From contig CAWKAR010000063.1 in assembly GCA_963847625.1 (NCBI GenBank), positions 30,510-94,509 on the forward strand: 64,000 nt of DNA. Reading direction: 5' to 3'. Under the pieces are notes generated by a model, which saw nothing but the letters and a program-made list of their open reading frames with translations, did no database searches and was not told where the DNA came from. This document shows, piece after piece, positions 52,903 through 62,400 of this stretch. The position numbers and the translations under genes were made by a program. Position 1 is the stretch's first letter, and every line of letters begins with the position of its first letter. The stretch is from a candidate division FCPU426 bacterium. Lineage in GTDB: Bacteria; Oederibacteriota; Muellerivitia; Muellerivitales; Muellerivitaceae.

Positions 52903-53238
52903 TTCGTTGGTTCAATTGTTTCAATGCTTCCGTTTTTTCGCCTAAGGAAGGTAAAAATTTGCCATCATCCCGGGGGCGTTATACGCATCCTGGAAAAGGT
53001 CTCCGTTGAAAAACCAAGGAGGTTCACTCTCTTGGCGCTTAGTCTAAGAGCCTCTAAATAATTTTTTATTTTCCGGGGCCAATTTAAACGCCCATTCACC
53101 ATGAATAGAGCGGTTAGGGGCCGGAGGGGGAACAGGCGCTGAAAAGCTTGTCCGCGGCGGGGAGCCTGAGTGGACAAAAGAAGGAAGAAAAGTTTCCAAA
53201 CCCGGGGCGTGGAATAGGATCTTGCCGTTCTAAATAAA

Positions 53239-53258
53239 TGGTGCTAAATTAAGCACCA
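53239..53258. promoter_or_regulatory. Putative TA operator palindrome TGGTGCT-N6-AGCACCA
   Basis: Inverted repeat ending ~30 nt upstream of the antitoxin start. Confidence 0.55.
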
Positions 53259-53287
53259 GATTTAATGCTTAACCCAAGGGGGAAGGT

Positions 53288-53572
53288 ATGGGGATCAAGT
53301 TCTCCGAGGATATTAAGTCGGTGACGGATTTGAAGCGAAACACCCGTAGTCTATTGGATCAAATCCACCGAACCGGCCGGCCAGTTGTGCTAACGGTTAA
53401 TGGAAAAGCTGACGCCGTATTGATGAACCCGAAAGCTTATGAAGCCTATTTGAGCGCGGTGAACCTTGCCCGAGAACTTGTATCCGCAGAGAAGGATGTG
53501 ACTGCCCACCGGATACGTCCGGCCCGATCTTTCTTGAAAGAATTCAAGAATGCCCGCTCGATACCAAGTTAA
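53288..53572 (+). CDS. Phd/YefM-family antitoxin
   Basis: IKSVTDLKRN, GRPVVLTVNGKADAVL. Confidence 0.88.
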   Translation: MGIKFSEDIKSVTDLKRNTRSLLDQIHRTGRPVVLTVNGKADAVLMNPKAYEAYLSAVNLARELVSAEKDVTAHRIRPARSFLKEFKNARSIPS

Positions 53573-53861
53573 GATCACCCGCACCGCCGGGGAAGATCTG
53601 AAGGGCATTTGGGACTATATCGGGAAGGACAGTCCGCGTGAAGCTGAAAAATTTATTATCCGCCTTGGGCATCAAATCACCACTTTAGAACAATACCCCG
53701 AACGATGCCCTTCTGCTCCGGAAAATGAGGTATTGGGCGCGGGATACCGGCATATCATTTACGGGGAATACAGGACGATTTTTCGGATCTCCCAAAAAAC
53801 GGTTTATATTCTTCGAATTATCCATGGGTCTCGTCTATTGGATGATTCGGTCTTTGGATGA
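53550..53861 (+). CDS. RelE/ParE-family toxin
   Basis: YQVKIT..A..DL..IWDYI..DSP..A, P.RCP, YRTIFRI..VYILRIIHGSR. Confidence 0.88.
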   Translation: MPARYQVKITRTAGEDLKGIWDYIGKDSPREAEKFIIRLGHQITTLEQYPERCPSAPENEVLGAGYRHIIYGEYRTIFRISQKTVYILRIIHGSRLLDDSVFG

Positions 53862-53913
53862 CGAAAACTTTGTCCACGAAGGGGACCTGCATGGGACGAT
53901 ATTGGGGGGGAAT

Positions 53914-54588
53914 GTGAACCGCAAAACAAGGAAAACACCAACCTCAGCCCCTCGGGCTGGCCTCGCGGGCCTACAGGCCATTCAACTGCCCAAACCGGAC
54001 CAGGATGGAGGCAAATCGGTTCTGGCGTCTTTACGGCGAAGGAGGACTGACCGGAACATCGGTGGCACGAGAATCTCCCCGCGGATGCTGTCAAATCTTC
54101 TTTGGGCGGCCTGCGGGATAAACCGCAGGAAGGGCCCTTTTGGAATACCGGGAAGAACGGCGGCATCGGCCAGCAATTCGCAGGAAATCGACCTTTACGT
54201 GGCTCTGCGGGAAGGGGTTTACCGTTATGAACCGAAGCCCCATTGCCTTATTCCGGCTGCCGCGGGGGACTTGAGGAGCATGGCCATTGGAAGAGGCCAA
54301 GGCAAGGCGGGGGCAAAAGCTCCGGTCAGGTTGATCTATGTCGTGGATATCGAAAAATTCAGCCGGGCCGGATACCAGGAACCGGGCTTGTGGGATCGGG
54401 AGACGCAGAAGGCCTATTACTATTCCGATACGGGCCTGATGGCCGGAAATGTCTATCTGTTCGCTTCTTCGCAGGGCCTGGCTTGCTGGTTCCACAACTG
54501 CGACAAAGCCGGCCTTTCCGCGAGGCTGAAATTAAGGCCGGCCCAACACGCCCTTTTTGGCCAGACCATAGGATATCCTTCCCCATAA
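53914..54588 (+). CDS. SagB/nitroreductase-family protein
   Basis: IQLPKP, LRRRRT.R, LSNLLWAA.G, RTAASASN.Q, GNVYLFA; GTG start inferred. Confidence 0.82.
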   Translation: MNRKTRKTPTSAPRAGLAGLQAIQLPKPDQDGGKSVLASLRRRRTDRNIGGTRISPRMLSNLLWAACGINRRKGPFGIPGRTAASASNSQEIDLYVALREGVYRYEPKPHCLIPAAAGDLRSMAIGRGQGKAGAKAPVRLIYVVDIEKFSRAGYQEPGLWDRETQKAYYYSDTGLMAGNVYLFASSQGLACWFHNCDKAGLSARLKLRPAQHALFGQTIGYPSP

Positions 54589-54888
54589 ACCAGGATATTG
54601 AGGTGGCCCTCAGGTGGCCGCGACGGGCTTTATTACCTGCGGGTGAAGGCGGTTGCGGGGGGAACCACGACGGTGAAAATCCTGAAAGTCCTCGTTCTCC
54701 GCTGACGTACTTTTGCCAACCGATTTAGCTTTAAAACTCCTAATTCCAAACTTAATTTAAAGTTTGGCAAACTTTTACCCTTTTTTGGACCGTTATTATC
54801 CAAACCATTATGCAGCGCCTCACGATTAAACTGGATTGACTTTGCCTATTGGTTTTCCCAATAATGCATCCCAATAGGGGACAGGTGC

Positions 54889-55179
54889 TTGATGCATTTT
54901 CTTCGTAAAATCCTTTTGCCAATAGCTGCCGTTGCCTTGTTGGCCTTCTTTTCGATTCTGGCGGCCGAGAGTTTCCACCATCACGGGGGCTTGGAAGGCA
55001 GCGACGATTGCGCCCTTTGCAGCTGGCAGGCGACCGCTTCCCAGGCGCCTTCCACACCGGCTCCCCCCACCCTTGTGCCGGTCTTGCTGGTCTTTCTTCT
55101 TTTTTTCTTCCAACCGTTTGTTTTCTCCTTCCATTTCATCTCTCCCTCCGGCAGGTCCCCGCCTAAAAACCTCCTGTAA
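54889..55179 (+). CDS. DUF2946-like metal-sensing leader protein (HHH, CxxC, C-terminal RSPP)
   Basis: Signal-like N-terminus, FHHHG..DDCALC, Pro-rich spacer, GRSPP; directly upstream of metal uptake genes. Confidence 0.75.
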   Translation: MMHFLRKILLPIAAVALLAFFSILAAESFHHHGGLEGSDDCALCSWQATASQAPSTPAPPTLVPVLLVFLLFFFQPFVFSFHFISPSGRSPPKNLL

Positions 55180-55228
55180 TTTAAAAGTTCATTAACGGCT
55201 TTCGATAGCCGATTACACAGGAGGAACT

Positions 55229-56317
55229 ATGTCCTATCGTTTTAATTTGATTGCTTTCATATGCGGCTTAACCGCCCTGCCAGCCTTTTCAGCCGCCCAA
55301 AGCCGGTCCATCATCTCGAACCTGGCCAACCCGGCCATCGGCATGAGCGCGCTTTTCCTCGCACAAGCCGCGCCGGACTTGAACACGCCTGGTTCAACAG
55401 GGCCTTCCTTTCAGGAAGCGGAGATCAGCGTGATTTCCACCGTGGACCCCCTCTGGGCCCTGGCGGGTAATTTCACTTTTGACGCCGGTTCGGGAGTGGC
55501 CGAGGAAGCCTTCGCCACCACCGACAGCGTCCCCTCGATCCAGATCAAGGTGGGGGAATTCCGCGCGGCCTTCGGGAAGCACGGGCTCCTGCATACCCAC
55601 GCCTTTCCCTTCATCCAGGCGCCGCTCATCATGTCCAACAGCGTCGGTGAGGAGGGATTCAAGAACGCGGGCATGGAAGCGGCCTGGATGACGCCCCTGC
55701 CCTGGTACTGTGAGATGACCCTGGGCGGGTACCGCCAGGCGGCGGCCACGCCGGACCATCCCCTCGATTTCAACGGGGGCGCCTTCGGAACCATCCCCTA
55801 CCTCGTCCACCTGAAAAACCTCCTGGACCTGGATGAGAACACGACCATGGAATGGGGAATGTCCGACCTGACCGGCATGGGGGACGACGGCCTGCACCAC
55901 GCGGTTTACGGGGCCGACCTGACTTTCCGGAACATCCCGCTGAGGCAGTCCAACCAGCGGGGCTGGATCCTCCAGGGGGAATACATCAAGAAGGTTTCCT
56001 ACAACGATGGCGCTTACAACCAGGAATCGGACGGGTGGTACGGTTCCTTCCAATACCGCTGGGGGCAGGAGTGGTGGTCCGGCGTGCGGGTGGAAGAGGC
56101 TTTCAATACCGTCACCGACGTTTCCAGCAACCCGACGGACACTTTCCTCCCGGGCCACGTCCAGCGGGCCTCCGCCAATATCGCCTGGCTTCCCTCGGAA
56201 TTCTCCGAGTTGAAGCTGGAATACGGCCTGGCACGCAACGACGCGGGCACGGAGGACAACCGGGTGATGCTGCAATTCAACTACATCATCGGCTTCCATC
56301 CGCCGCACGCGTATTAA
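55229..56317 (+). CDS. Outer-membrane beta-barrel of metal-uptake operons
   Basis: Signal peptide, NPAIG, EAEI..VDP, EEAF, FGK..HTH, C-terminal GFHPPHAY. Confidence 0.7.
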   Translation: MSYRFNLIAFICGLTALPAFSAAQSRSIISNLANPAIGMSALFLAQAAPDLNTPGSTGPSFQEAEISVISTVDPLWALAGNFTFDAGSGVAEEAFATTDSVPSIQIKVGEFRAAFGKHGLLHTHAFPFIQAPLIMSNSVGEEGFKNAGMEAAWMTPLPWYCEMTLGGYRQAAATPDHPLDFNGGAFGTIPYLVHLKNLLDLDENTTMEWGMSDLTGMGDDGLHHAVYGADLTFRNIPLRQSNQRGWILQGEYIKKVSYNDGAYNQESDGWYGSFQYRWGQEWWSGVRVEEAFNTVTDVSSNPTDTFLPGHVQRASANIAWLPSEFSELKLEYGLARNDAGTEDNRVMLQFNYIIGFHPPHAY

Positions 56318-56361
56318 AAATTTAAATGTCAAATTCCCAATTTTAAATTAAGGAGAAAAAG

Positions 56362-57276
56362 ATGAAATTTACAAAACGAATCGTGACGGTGCTGTTGGCC
56401 TGGTTTTTAGCCCTGCCCGCTTTCGCGGACCTGAAGGTGGCAACCGCGCTGGAAGACTTATCTTCGGTGGCCCAAGAGGTGGGAGGCAAGCACGTAACGG
56501 CCATCAGCCTCTGCAAGGGTTACGAGGACCCGCATTTCGTGCCGGCTAAACCCAGCCTGATGAAGGCCATCCAGGACGCGGACGTGTTCATCTCCGTCGG
56601 GCTGGAACTTGACGGGGGCTGGCTTCCCCTGGTGCTTCCCGGCAGCCGCAATCCCAAAATCCAGGCTGGCGCCAAGGGCTTCGTGGACGCCTCCGAGGGG
56701 GTCAACGTCCTGGAAAAACCCACGGGAACCGTCAGCCGCGCCGAGGGGGACGTGCACCCCTTGGGGAACCCGCACTATTACACCGACCCGCTCAACTTGA
56801 AGGTCGTGGCCGGCCACCTGGCTCAGGTTTTTTCGGATCTGGACCCGGCCAACGCCGCCGACTACGCGGCCAACGCCAAGAAATTCGACGCGAGGATCGA
56901 CAAGGCGCTCGCCGGGTGGAAAAAGGCGCTGAAGCCTTACAAGGGGGCGCAGGTCGTGACCTACCACAAGAATTTCGATTATTTCCTCGACCGGTTCGGA
57001 TTGAAACTTTTCGGGACGGTGGAACCCAAGCCGGGCATTCCGCCCAACCCGCGTTACTTGAATGAGACCGCCGAGGCCATGAAAGCCGCGGGCGTGAAGG
57101 TGGTTTTGTACCAGCCCTATTACGAGGCCGACGCGGCCGAGCAACTGGCGAAGAAAGCCGGCGGAACGGCCTTGGAAATCCCCACCGAGGTCAACGGCAT
57201 GCCCGAGGCCAAGGACGTCTTCTCCAAATTCGATTTCATCGTGTCCACGCTGGTCAAATCCTTCTCGGGAAAGTGA
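56362..57276 (+). CDS. Metal ABC substrate-binding protein (ZnuA/TroA cluster A-I)
   Basis: EDPHF, GDVHPLGNPHY, TYH, EPKPGIPP motifs. Confidence 0.9.
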   Translation: MKFTKRIVTVLLAWFLALPAFADLKVATALEDLSSVAQEVGGKHVTAISLCKGYEDPHFVPAKPSLMKAIQDADVFISVGLELDGGWLPLVLPGSRNPKIQAGAKGFVDASEGVNVLEKPTGTVSRAEGDVHPLGNPHYYTDPLNLKVVAGHLAQVFSDLDPANAADYAANAKKFDARIDKALAGWKKALKPYKGAQVVTYHKNFDYFLDRFGLKLFGTVEPKPGIPPNPRYLNETAEAMKAAGVKVVLYQPYYEADAAEQLAKKAGGTALEIPTEVNGMPEAKDVFSKFDFIVSTLVKSFSGK

Positions 57277-57284
57277 GGTAAACC

Positions 57285-58109
57285 ATGTCTAATTTCTTCT
57301 CCGTCATGGCATTGCCGATGCTGGCGTGCCTTCTTTTGGTCTTGATCCTCCCCTCTTTGGGCCAGCACGTGCTGGCCCGGGGTGTGATTTTCGTGGACCT
57401 GGCCCTGGCCCAGATCGCGGCCCTGGGCCAGTCGGTGGCCTTCCTGCTGGGGGCCGAGCCCCACGACCCCGCCACCTATTACTGGTCCTTCGCCTTCACG
57501 CTCCTGGGGGCGGCCCTTTTCAGCTTCCTCTGGGACCGGAACCATTCGGTCCTGCAGGAGGCTTTCATCGGGATCGCCTTCGCCTTCGCCACGGCCACGA
57601 CCCTGCTCCTGCTGGCCAACTCGCCCCACGGGGCCGAGCACGTGCAGGGGACTTTGAGCGGGGAGGCTTTGGGCTGGGTATCCTGGAAGGACATTTGGAT
57701 CATGGCGGCCTTTTACGCGGCGGTCGGGATTTTCCTATACCGGAAACACCAGACCCTGATGCTTTGCTCGTCGGACCCTAAGCTGGCCCAAAGCCAGGGG
57801 TTGTCCCTCAAGCTGTGGGATTTTCTCTTTTACATGGCGTTCGGTTTCGTGGTGACGGCCGCGGTGCGCGTCTCGGGTGTCCTGGCGGTTTTCTCGTTCC
57901 TGATCGTTCCCGTCGTTTGCGCGAACCTGATGGGGCATAAGGGGCATCACCGGCTTTATTGGGCTTGGGGGATCGGTTTTTTGGTCTCTCTCCTGGGTTC
58001 CACCTTGTCCTACGTCAAGGACTGGCCCATGGGTGCGACGATTGTCTGCTTCTTCGGCATGGCGGTGATCCTGATTTCCATCGTCACCCGGATGAAAAAC
58101 GCAGACTAA
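57285..58109 (+). CDS. Metal ABC permease (ZnuB-like)
   Basis: GQHVLARGVIFVDLALAQ, EAFIG, GVLAVFSFLIVP; multi-TM. Confidence 0.88.
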   Translation: MSNFFSVMALPMLACLLLVLILPSLGQHVLARGVIFVDLALAQIAALGQSVAFLLGAEPHDPATYYWSFAFTLLGAALFSFLWDRNHSVLQEAFIGIAFAFATATTLLLLANSPHGAEHVQGTLSGEALGWVSWKDIWIMAAFYAAVGIFLYRKHQTLMLCSSDPKLAQSQGLSLKLWDFLFYMAFGFVVTAAVRVSGVLAVFSFLIVPVVCANLMGHKGHHRLYWAWGIGFLVSLLGSTLSYVKDWPMGATIVCFFGMAVILISIVTRMKNAD

Positions 58110-58186
58110 TTCATATGATTGAAATCATTGGACGCGCGAACCCGCGCGGAGATGATAATATCCGGTAATTCTTAGGAGCTTTCCTT

Positions 58187-59227
58187 ATGCCGATAAAACT
58201 TTTTGATGACGGGTTCAAAAACGCCCGGGCTAAGACCTCTTCGCTTTACTTTTGGCTCATGGTTTTCAACCTGGGGACCTGGGCATGGGCGTGGACGGTT
58301 TTCGGCCATAGTCCGGCGCTTTTGGGGACGGCCTTCCTGGCTTATCTCTTCGGTCTGCGCCACGCGATGGACGCGGACCATATCGCGGCCATCGACAATG
58401 TCGTGCGCAAACTCATGCAGGATGGCGGCAAACCCATCTCGGTCGGGCTGTTCTTTTCCCTGGGGCATTCGACCATCGTCATCCTGGCCTCGGCGGCCCT
58501 GGCCGCGGCTATCGGTTTGTCCCATGACCGCCTAGAGGGGCTTCGAACCATCGGCGGCTTCCTTGGCACGGCCATTTCGGCTTTCTTTTTGGTCGGCATC
58601 GGAATCGCCAACCTTTTTATGCTCAAGGGCATCTGGCGGGCGTTCCGGCGCGAGCAGAGGGGGGAAGCGGGCGATCCGGGGGAACTCGACGGGCTTCTTT
58701 GGGACCGGGGTTTCTTGTCCCGGATATTCAAACCTTTCCTCAACAGCGTCTCGAAAAGCCGGCACATGTATCCGGTGGGTTTCCTTTTCGGCTTGGGGTT
58801 TGACACCGCCACCGAGATCGCCCTTCTGGGGATCGCGGCTTCCCAGGCCGCCCAGGGGTTGTCTTTCGGGGCCACCATGGTTTTTCCCATTCTTTTCACC
58901 GCGGGAATGTCGCTGGTGGACACGACCGACAGCGTTCTCATGACGGGGGTCTATGGCTGGGCTTTTATCCATCCCCTGCGGAAGCTTTGGTACAACCTGA
59001 CCCTCACGGCCCTTTCGGTGCTGGTGGCCCTTTTGATCGGCTCCCTGGAAGCCCTGGGTCTTTTAGCCAGCCAGTTGGGGCTTCGGGGAGGGCTTTTTGG
59101 GATTATCGAGTCCCTCAACGGCGACCTGACGAACTTTGGTTTCGTGGTCGTGGGAGTGTTCGTGATAGGTTGGCTTTTGTCGATTTGGGTTTACCGGTTG
59201 AAGGGTTTTGAGAATACCAAGGCCTAA
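58187..59227 (+). CDS. NiCoT (HoxN/HupN/NixA) nickel/cobalt permease
   Basis: GLRHAMDADHIAAIDN, FSLGHST and GFLFGLGFDTATE motifs. Confidence 0.93.
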   Translation: MPIKLFDDGFKNARAKTSSLYFWLMVFNLGTWAWAWTVFGHSPALLGTAFLAYLFGLRHAMDADHIAAIDNVVRKLMQDGGKPISVGLFFSLGHSTIVILASAALAAAIGLSHDRLEGLRTIGGFLGTAISAFFLVGIGIANLFMLKGIWRAFRREQRGEAGDPGELDGLLWDRGFLSRIFKPFLNSVSKSRHMYPVGFLFGLGFDTATEIALLGIAASQAAQGLSFGATMVFPILFTAGMSLVDTTDSVLMTGVYGWAFIHPLRKLWYNLTLTALSVLVALLIGSLEALGLLASQLGLRGGLFGIIESLNGDLTNFGFVVVGVFVIGWLLSIWVYRLKGFENTKA

Positions 59228-59301
59228 CCGGCCTTGGGGATGGATTGTCCAGGCGATGGTTCGACTAAGCTCACCACGTGTGAACTCACCGCAATGTTTT
59301 A

Positions 59302-59358
59302 AATTGAGTTTTTCCAGCCAGCCCGGCTGAGGCCCCTTTTTCCATCCTGTTTTCAGGC
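59302..59358 (+). repeat. 57-bp direct repeat (second copy 62866-62922)
   Basis: AATTGAGTTyTTCCAGCCAGCCCGGCTGAGGCCCCTTTTTCC..TTTTCAGGC in both copies, each upstream of a TA operon. Confidence 0.8.
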
Positions 59359-59467
59359 TAAGAAGCCCCACAGGCATGCCCATGGGGCACATTGGATTTA
59401 TCCCTTTAAATATTTCCGCCAGTAAGATAGAATAATAATGAATAAATAAGAAAGAAAAGGAATGATT

Positions 59468-59710
59468 ATGCCTAAAACCATTACACTTCGCCTTTCCGAC
59501 CTGGATTATGAGCTTTTTCGGAATTATGCCGAGGCGGACAATCGACCCTTGGCGAATTTGATTGAGACTGCCGCCAAACGGCATTTGCGGGAATGCGCCA
59601 TGGTGTCTGAAGCTGAAATGGCTGAAATCGGGAACAATCCGGCTTTAGTATCCAGGCTGAAGGCTGGTTCCAAGGCTGCCCGCAAGAAACAAGGGCGGTT
59701 CGTGGATTGA
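59468..59710 (+). CDS. CopG/RHH-type antitoxin
   Basis: KTITLRL..A..DNR.LANLIE; overlaps the toxin start. Confidence 0.8.
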   Translation: MPKTITLRLSDLDYELFRNYAEADNRPLANLIETAAKRHLRECAMVSEAEMAEIGNNPALVSRLKAGSKAARKKQGRFVD

Positions 59711-59997
59711 GTCCGGGGAACTACCGCCTATTTGAAACCGCCATATTCATCGAGGACATGGAAAAACTCCCGGAATCCATCCGCCATAAATTCAGGGAAA
59801 AACTATGCACTTATGTTTATCCGTGGCTTAAAAACCAACCGCATTTCGGCCCTAATATAAAAAAATTGCGCGATTGGAAACCGGAAACTTGGCGATATAG
59901 GATTGGCTCCTGGCGGTTTTTTTATGAAATCAATGAGGCGGATAAGATAGTTACAATGATCGCGTTCGATCCGCGAAAAGACGCTTATACCCGGTAG
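59707..59997 (+). CDS. RelE-family toxin
   Basis: NQPHFGPNIKKL, WRYRIGSWRFFYEI, RKDAY. Confidence 0.88.
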   Translation: MSPGNYRLFETAIFIEDMEKLPESIRHKFREKLCTYVYPWLKNQPHFGPNIKKLRDWKPETWRYRIGSWRFFYEINEADKIVTMIAFDPRKDAYTR

Positions 59998-60006
59998 GTT
60001 TAAGCC

Positions 60007-60122
60007 AAACAGGATGATGGGGTTGTCGGAATAAAACTCCCCTTTGGAGACGTTGCTTTCAACCGCCGTCTCGAAATCCATCGCCATTTTCATTTGCAGG
60101 AATAAATCCACCCCCCCGCCAA
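60007..60122 (-). pseudogene. Fragment of an OMP beta-barrel gene, paralogous to 61089-61205
   Basis: GGVDLFLQMKMAMDFETAVESNVSKGEFYSDNPIILF versus GGLDLFLQMKMAMDFKTTTVSNVSKGKFYSDNPIILF. Confidence 0.7.
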
Positions 60123-60293
60123 TGCTTTTTCTGCTGGGTTTTGCACGGCTGAATCGGCACATATACGCGACAAACTAACTAAGTATTGCGGGTTTGGCAA
60201 AGGGGCCTGCTTTATGGCCCGGAAGAAAAAGAAAAATGTATTTGAAATGTTATTAATAAGTTATTAATATTCTATTAAATACAGGGGGGCGAT

Positions 60294-60539
60294 ATGAAAA
60301 GATCCGTTGTCGCGAGTTTTTCCCTTTCTTCGGAGACTATCAAGCAGGCCGGCGAACTGGCCAAGGCGGAGAATAAAAGCCGCAGCGAGGTGGTCAATGA
60401 GGCGGTGGGGAAGTATTACGCCATGAAGCAGTGGGAGAGTTTGCAGGAATTCGGCTCCAAGCAAGCTCTAAGCCTGGGTATACGGAATGAAAGCGACGTG
60501 GACCGGGTGGTCCACGACTACCGCCGGAAAAAACGTTGA
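60294..60539 (+). CDS. RHH/CopG antitoxin
   Basis: SFSLS..LAKAENKSRSEVV.EA..Y; GI..ESDV. Confidence 0.82.
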   Translation: MKRSVVASFSLSSETIKQAGELAKAENKSRSEVVNEAVGKYYAMKQWESLQEFGSKQALSLGIRNESDVDRVVHDYRRKKR

Positions 60540-60949
60540 AATTCCGGGTGGCCGTGGATACCAACATCCTGGTTTCACATTTCATTCTTCCCGGGCATCA
60601 CCCCTCAAAAATCCTGGATTTGGCCGCGGCCGATAAGATCACATTGCTTTTATCCGATTTTATATTGGATGAGTTATCGGGGGTTCTCCGGGCGAAATTC
60701 CACTTCGATTCGGAAAGGCTCGATTCCGTCAGGCAAAGCCTTATGGCCGTGGCGGAAGTGGTCAAGACCCGGCATGTTTTGGAGGTGATCCGGGAGGATG
60801 AAAGCGACAACCGTATCCTGGAATGCGCCCTTTCCGGCAAAGCCCATTTCCTTGTTTCAGGCGACAAAAAGCATCTTCAGCCGCTCAAGAACTTTAAGGG
60901 GATACAAATATTAAGTCCCGCGGAATTTATCCGGGATTTTGTGCCATAA
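60536..60949 (+). CDS. PIN-domain toxin (VapC-like)
   Basis: VDTNILVS, E, DESDNRILECA, LVSGDKKHL, ILSPAEF. Confidence 0.9.
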   Translation: MKFRVAVDTNILVSHFILPGHHPSKILDLAAADKITLLLSDFILDELSGVLRAKFHFDSERLDSVRQSLMAVAEVVKTRHVLEVIREDESDNRILECALSGKAHFLVSGDKKHLQPLKNFKGIQILSPAEFIRDFVP

Positions 60950-61055
60950 ACAAACGGGCGCGATTGCGCCCGAATTTTGAATTCTTAGTTTTAAGTTATT
61001 AATTATTGAGGATTTCCGAATAACGGAACTCGATCCGAAATTTAGAATCTAACAT

Positions 61056-61498
61056 TTAAAATTTAAAATTCATGCCTATCTGTAGTGGAAACAGGATGAT
61101 GGGATTATCGGAATAAAACTTGCCTTTGGACACATTGCTTACGGTTGTCGTCTTGAAATCCATCGCCATTTTCATTTGCAGGAATAAATCCAAGCCCCCC
61201 GCCAAATTGAACCCAAGCCCGACGCCGGGGTCCAACTCTGGGTTCGTCCAATCGGACGAGACACCCTGCGGCAGGCTGTGCCCGTTTACGGTAAGGGAAT
61301 CCATCGCGATTCCGGCGCCCAGCAGGAAAAGGGGTAAAATCCCGCCCCGATCGGGAAATCGTATTGGGCCACGATCTCCAGGGGGCTGTTGGACAGGGTC
61401 GAGGTATAACCGGAAGGCAGGTTTTTAAAGGAGAAATTCCCAATGCCGTAATCCAAGCCCGGGGAAAAATTTCCCGGGAAAGCATAACCCGCCTGGAT
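61056..61498 (-). pseudogene. 5'-truncated outer-membrane beta-barrel gene with an internal frameshift (A4 61327-61330)
   Basis: IQAGYAF..LEIVAQYDF..FYPF/FLLGAGIAMD..PLQIGMNFKF; resembles the barrel of 24285-25463; no start or signal peptide. Confidence 0.65.
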
Positions 61499-61518
61499 CT
61501 ATATGCGTTGGTTGGTTC

Positions 61519-62250
61519 TTAGGGGCAGAACGCCGCCTGGATATTCTGTGCAATGCCTCCATCACCAGTCAAAGAACTCATGTCCAAGGTGGCTGGCATA
61601 GAACCCCACGGATAACTTCCGTAATAAAGCCAAGAGCTGGTCGAATAATTGCCGAAACTCAACCGGGTGTCGACACCGTCGCCTTCCGTCAGCGCAACCA
61701 GGTAATACGTGGCGGCAGGGAGGAGCGTGGCGGGCATGGTGAAGGTGTAGGTGATGGGGTTCGAATCCACCGTTAATGAAACCGGGTCGCTTTGAACGAT
61801 GAGCGACGGGGGCGAGGCGGCTGTGTAAATGCCGACCCGCGCCTGTCCGGCGCTTCCTGAAGTGGCGAAACTCATCGAGTGTAGGATGCCCCCCGTGCCC
61901 AGGCTATAGCTGCCGGTGGTCAGGAAACCAACCGTTGATCCGGCGCTGAAGTCGTTGGAGGCAAACCCCCCGCAGGTCACCGGAGCCACGCACATCGTGA
62001 AGGTCGTGGTGGGGGTGAAAGTGACGGTTGGGGTGCTAGTCACGGTAGGGCTGTTCGTGACGGTGGGCGAGCTCGTAATCGTAGGCGAGTTCGTGATAGT
62101 GGGTGTGAAAGTGACAGTGGGGGAATGGGTGACAGTGGGGGTATTTTTCGGCGGGGAGACGGGATTGTTGCCGTTGCTGGCGCAGGAGTTGATCAGGAGG
62201 GCTGGAAGGGGCGCCAATAGAATAAACAAAGCCACGATTCGGTTACGCAT
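61519..62250 (-). CDS. Lipoprotein with Pro/Thr linker and DUF4082-like domain
   Basis: GGAGG RBS, lipobox INSC, PT tract, RVGIY..SLIVQS..LPAATYYL, ends CP like 36119. Confidence 0.7.
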   Translation of the reverse strand: MRNRIVALFILLAPLPALLINSCASNGNNPVSPPKNTPTVTHSPTVTFTPTITNSPTITSSPTVTNSPTVTSTPTVTFTPTTTFTMCVAPVTCGGFASNDFSAGSTVGFLTTGSYSLGTGGILHSMSFATSGSAGQARVGIYTAASPPSLIVQSDPVSLTVDSNPITYTFTMPATLLPAATYYLVALTEGDGVDTRLSFGNYSTSSWLYYGSYPWGSMPATLDMSSLTGDGGIAQNIQAAFCP

Positions 62251-62400
62251 AAGGCCTCCAAAGGTGTCATTTCGGAAGGGCCTATGCGGTTCACGGCCCT
62301 GACCGTTTTGTATTATATGGCATATCCGTCCAAAAAAGAATTTAGCAATTGACCCAAAGGGCAAAAAAAAGAGTTGGAAGGGGTCAGGCACCAAGCCCCT

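Noticed and set aside
49588..53177. Canonical integron attC sites
   Set aside because: Too short and lack RYYYAAC/GTTRRRY cores; no intI seen. Kept as a non-canonical repeat.
59256..59292. tRNA-like GGTTCGACT T-loop
   Set aside because: No cloverleaf; looks like half of a common REP-like repeat.
60007..61205. DGR template/variable repeat pair
   Set aside because: Differences are not adenine-specific, many are synonymous, and no reverse transcriptase is present.
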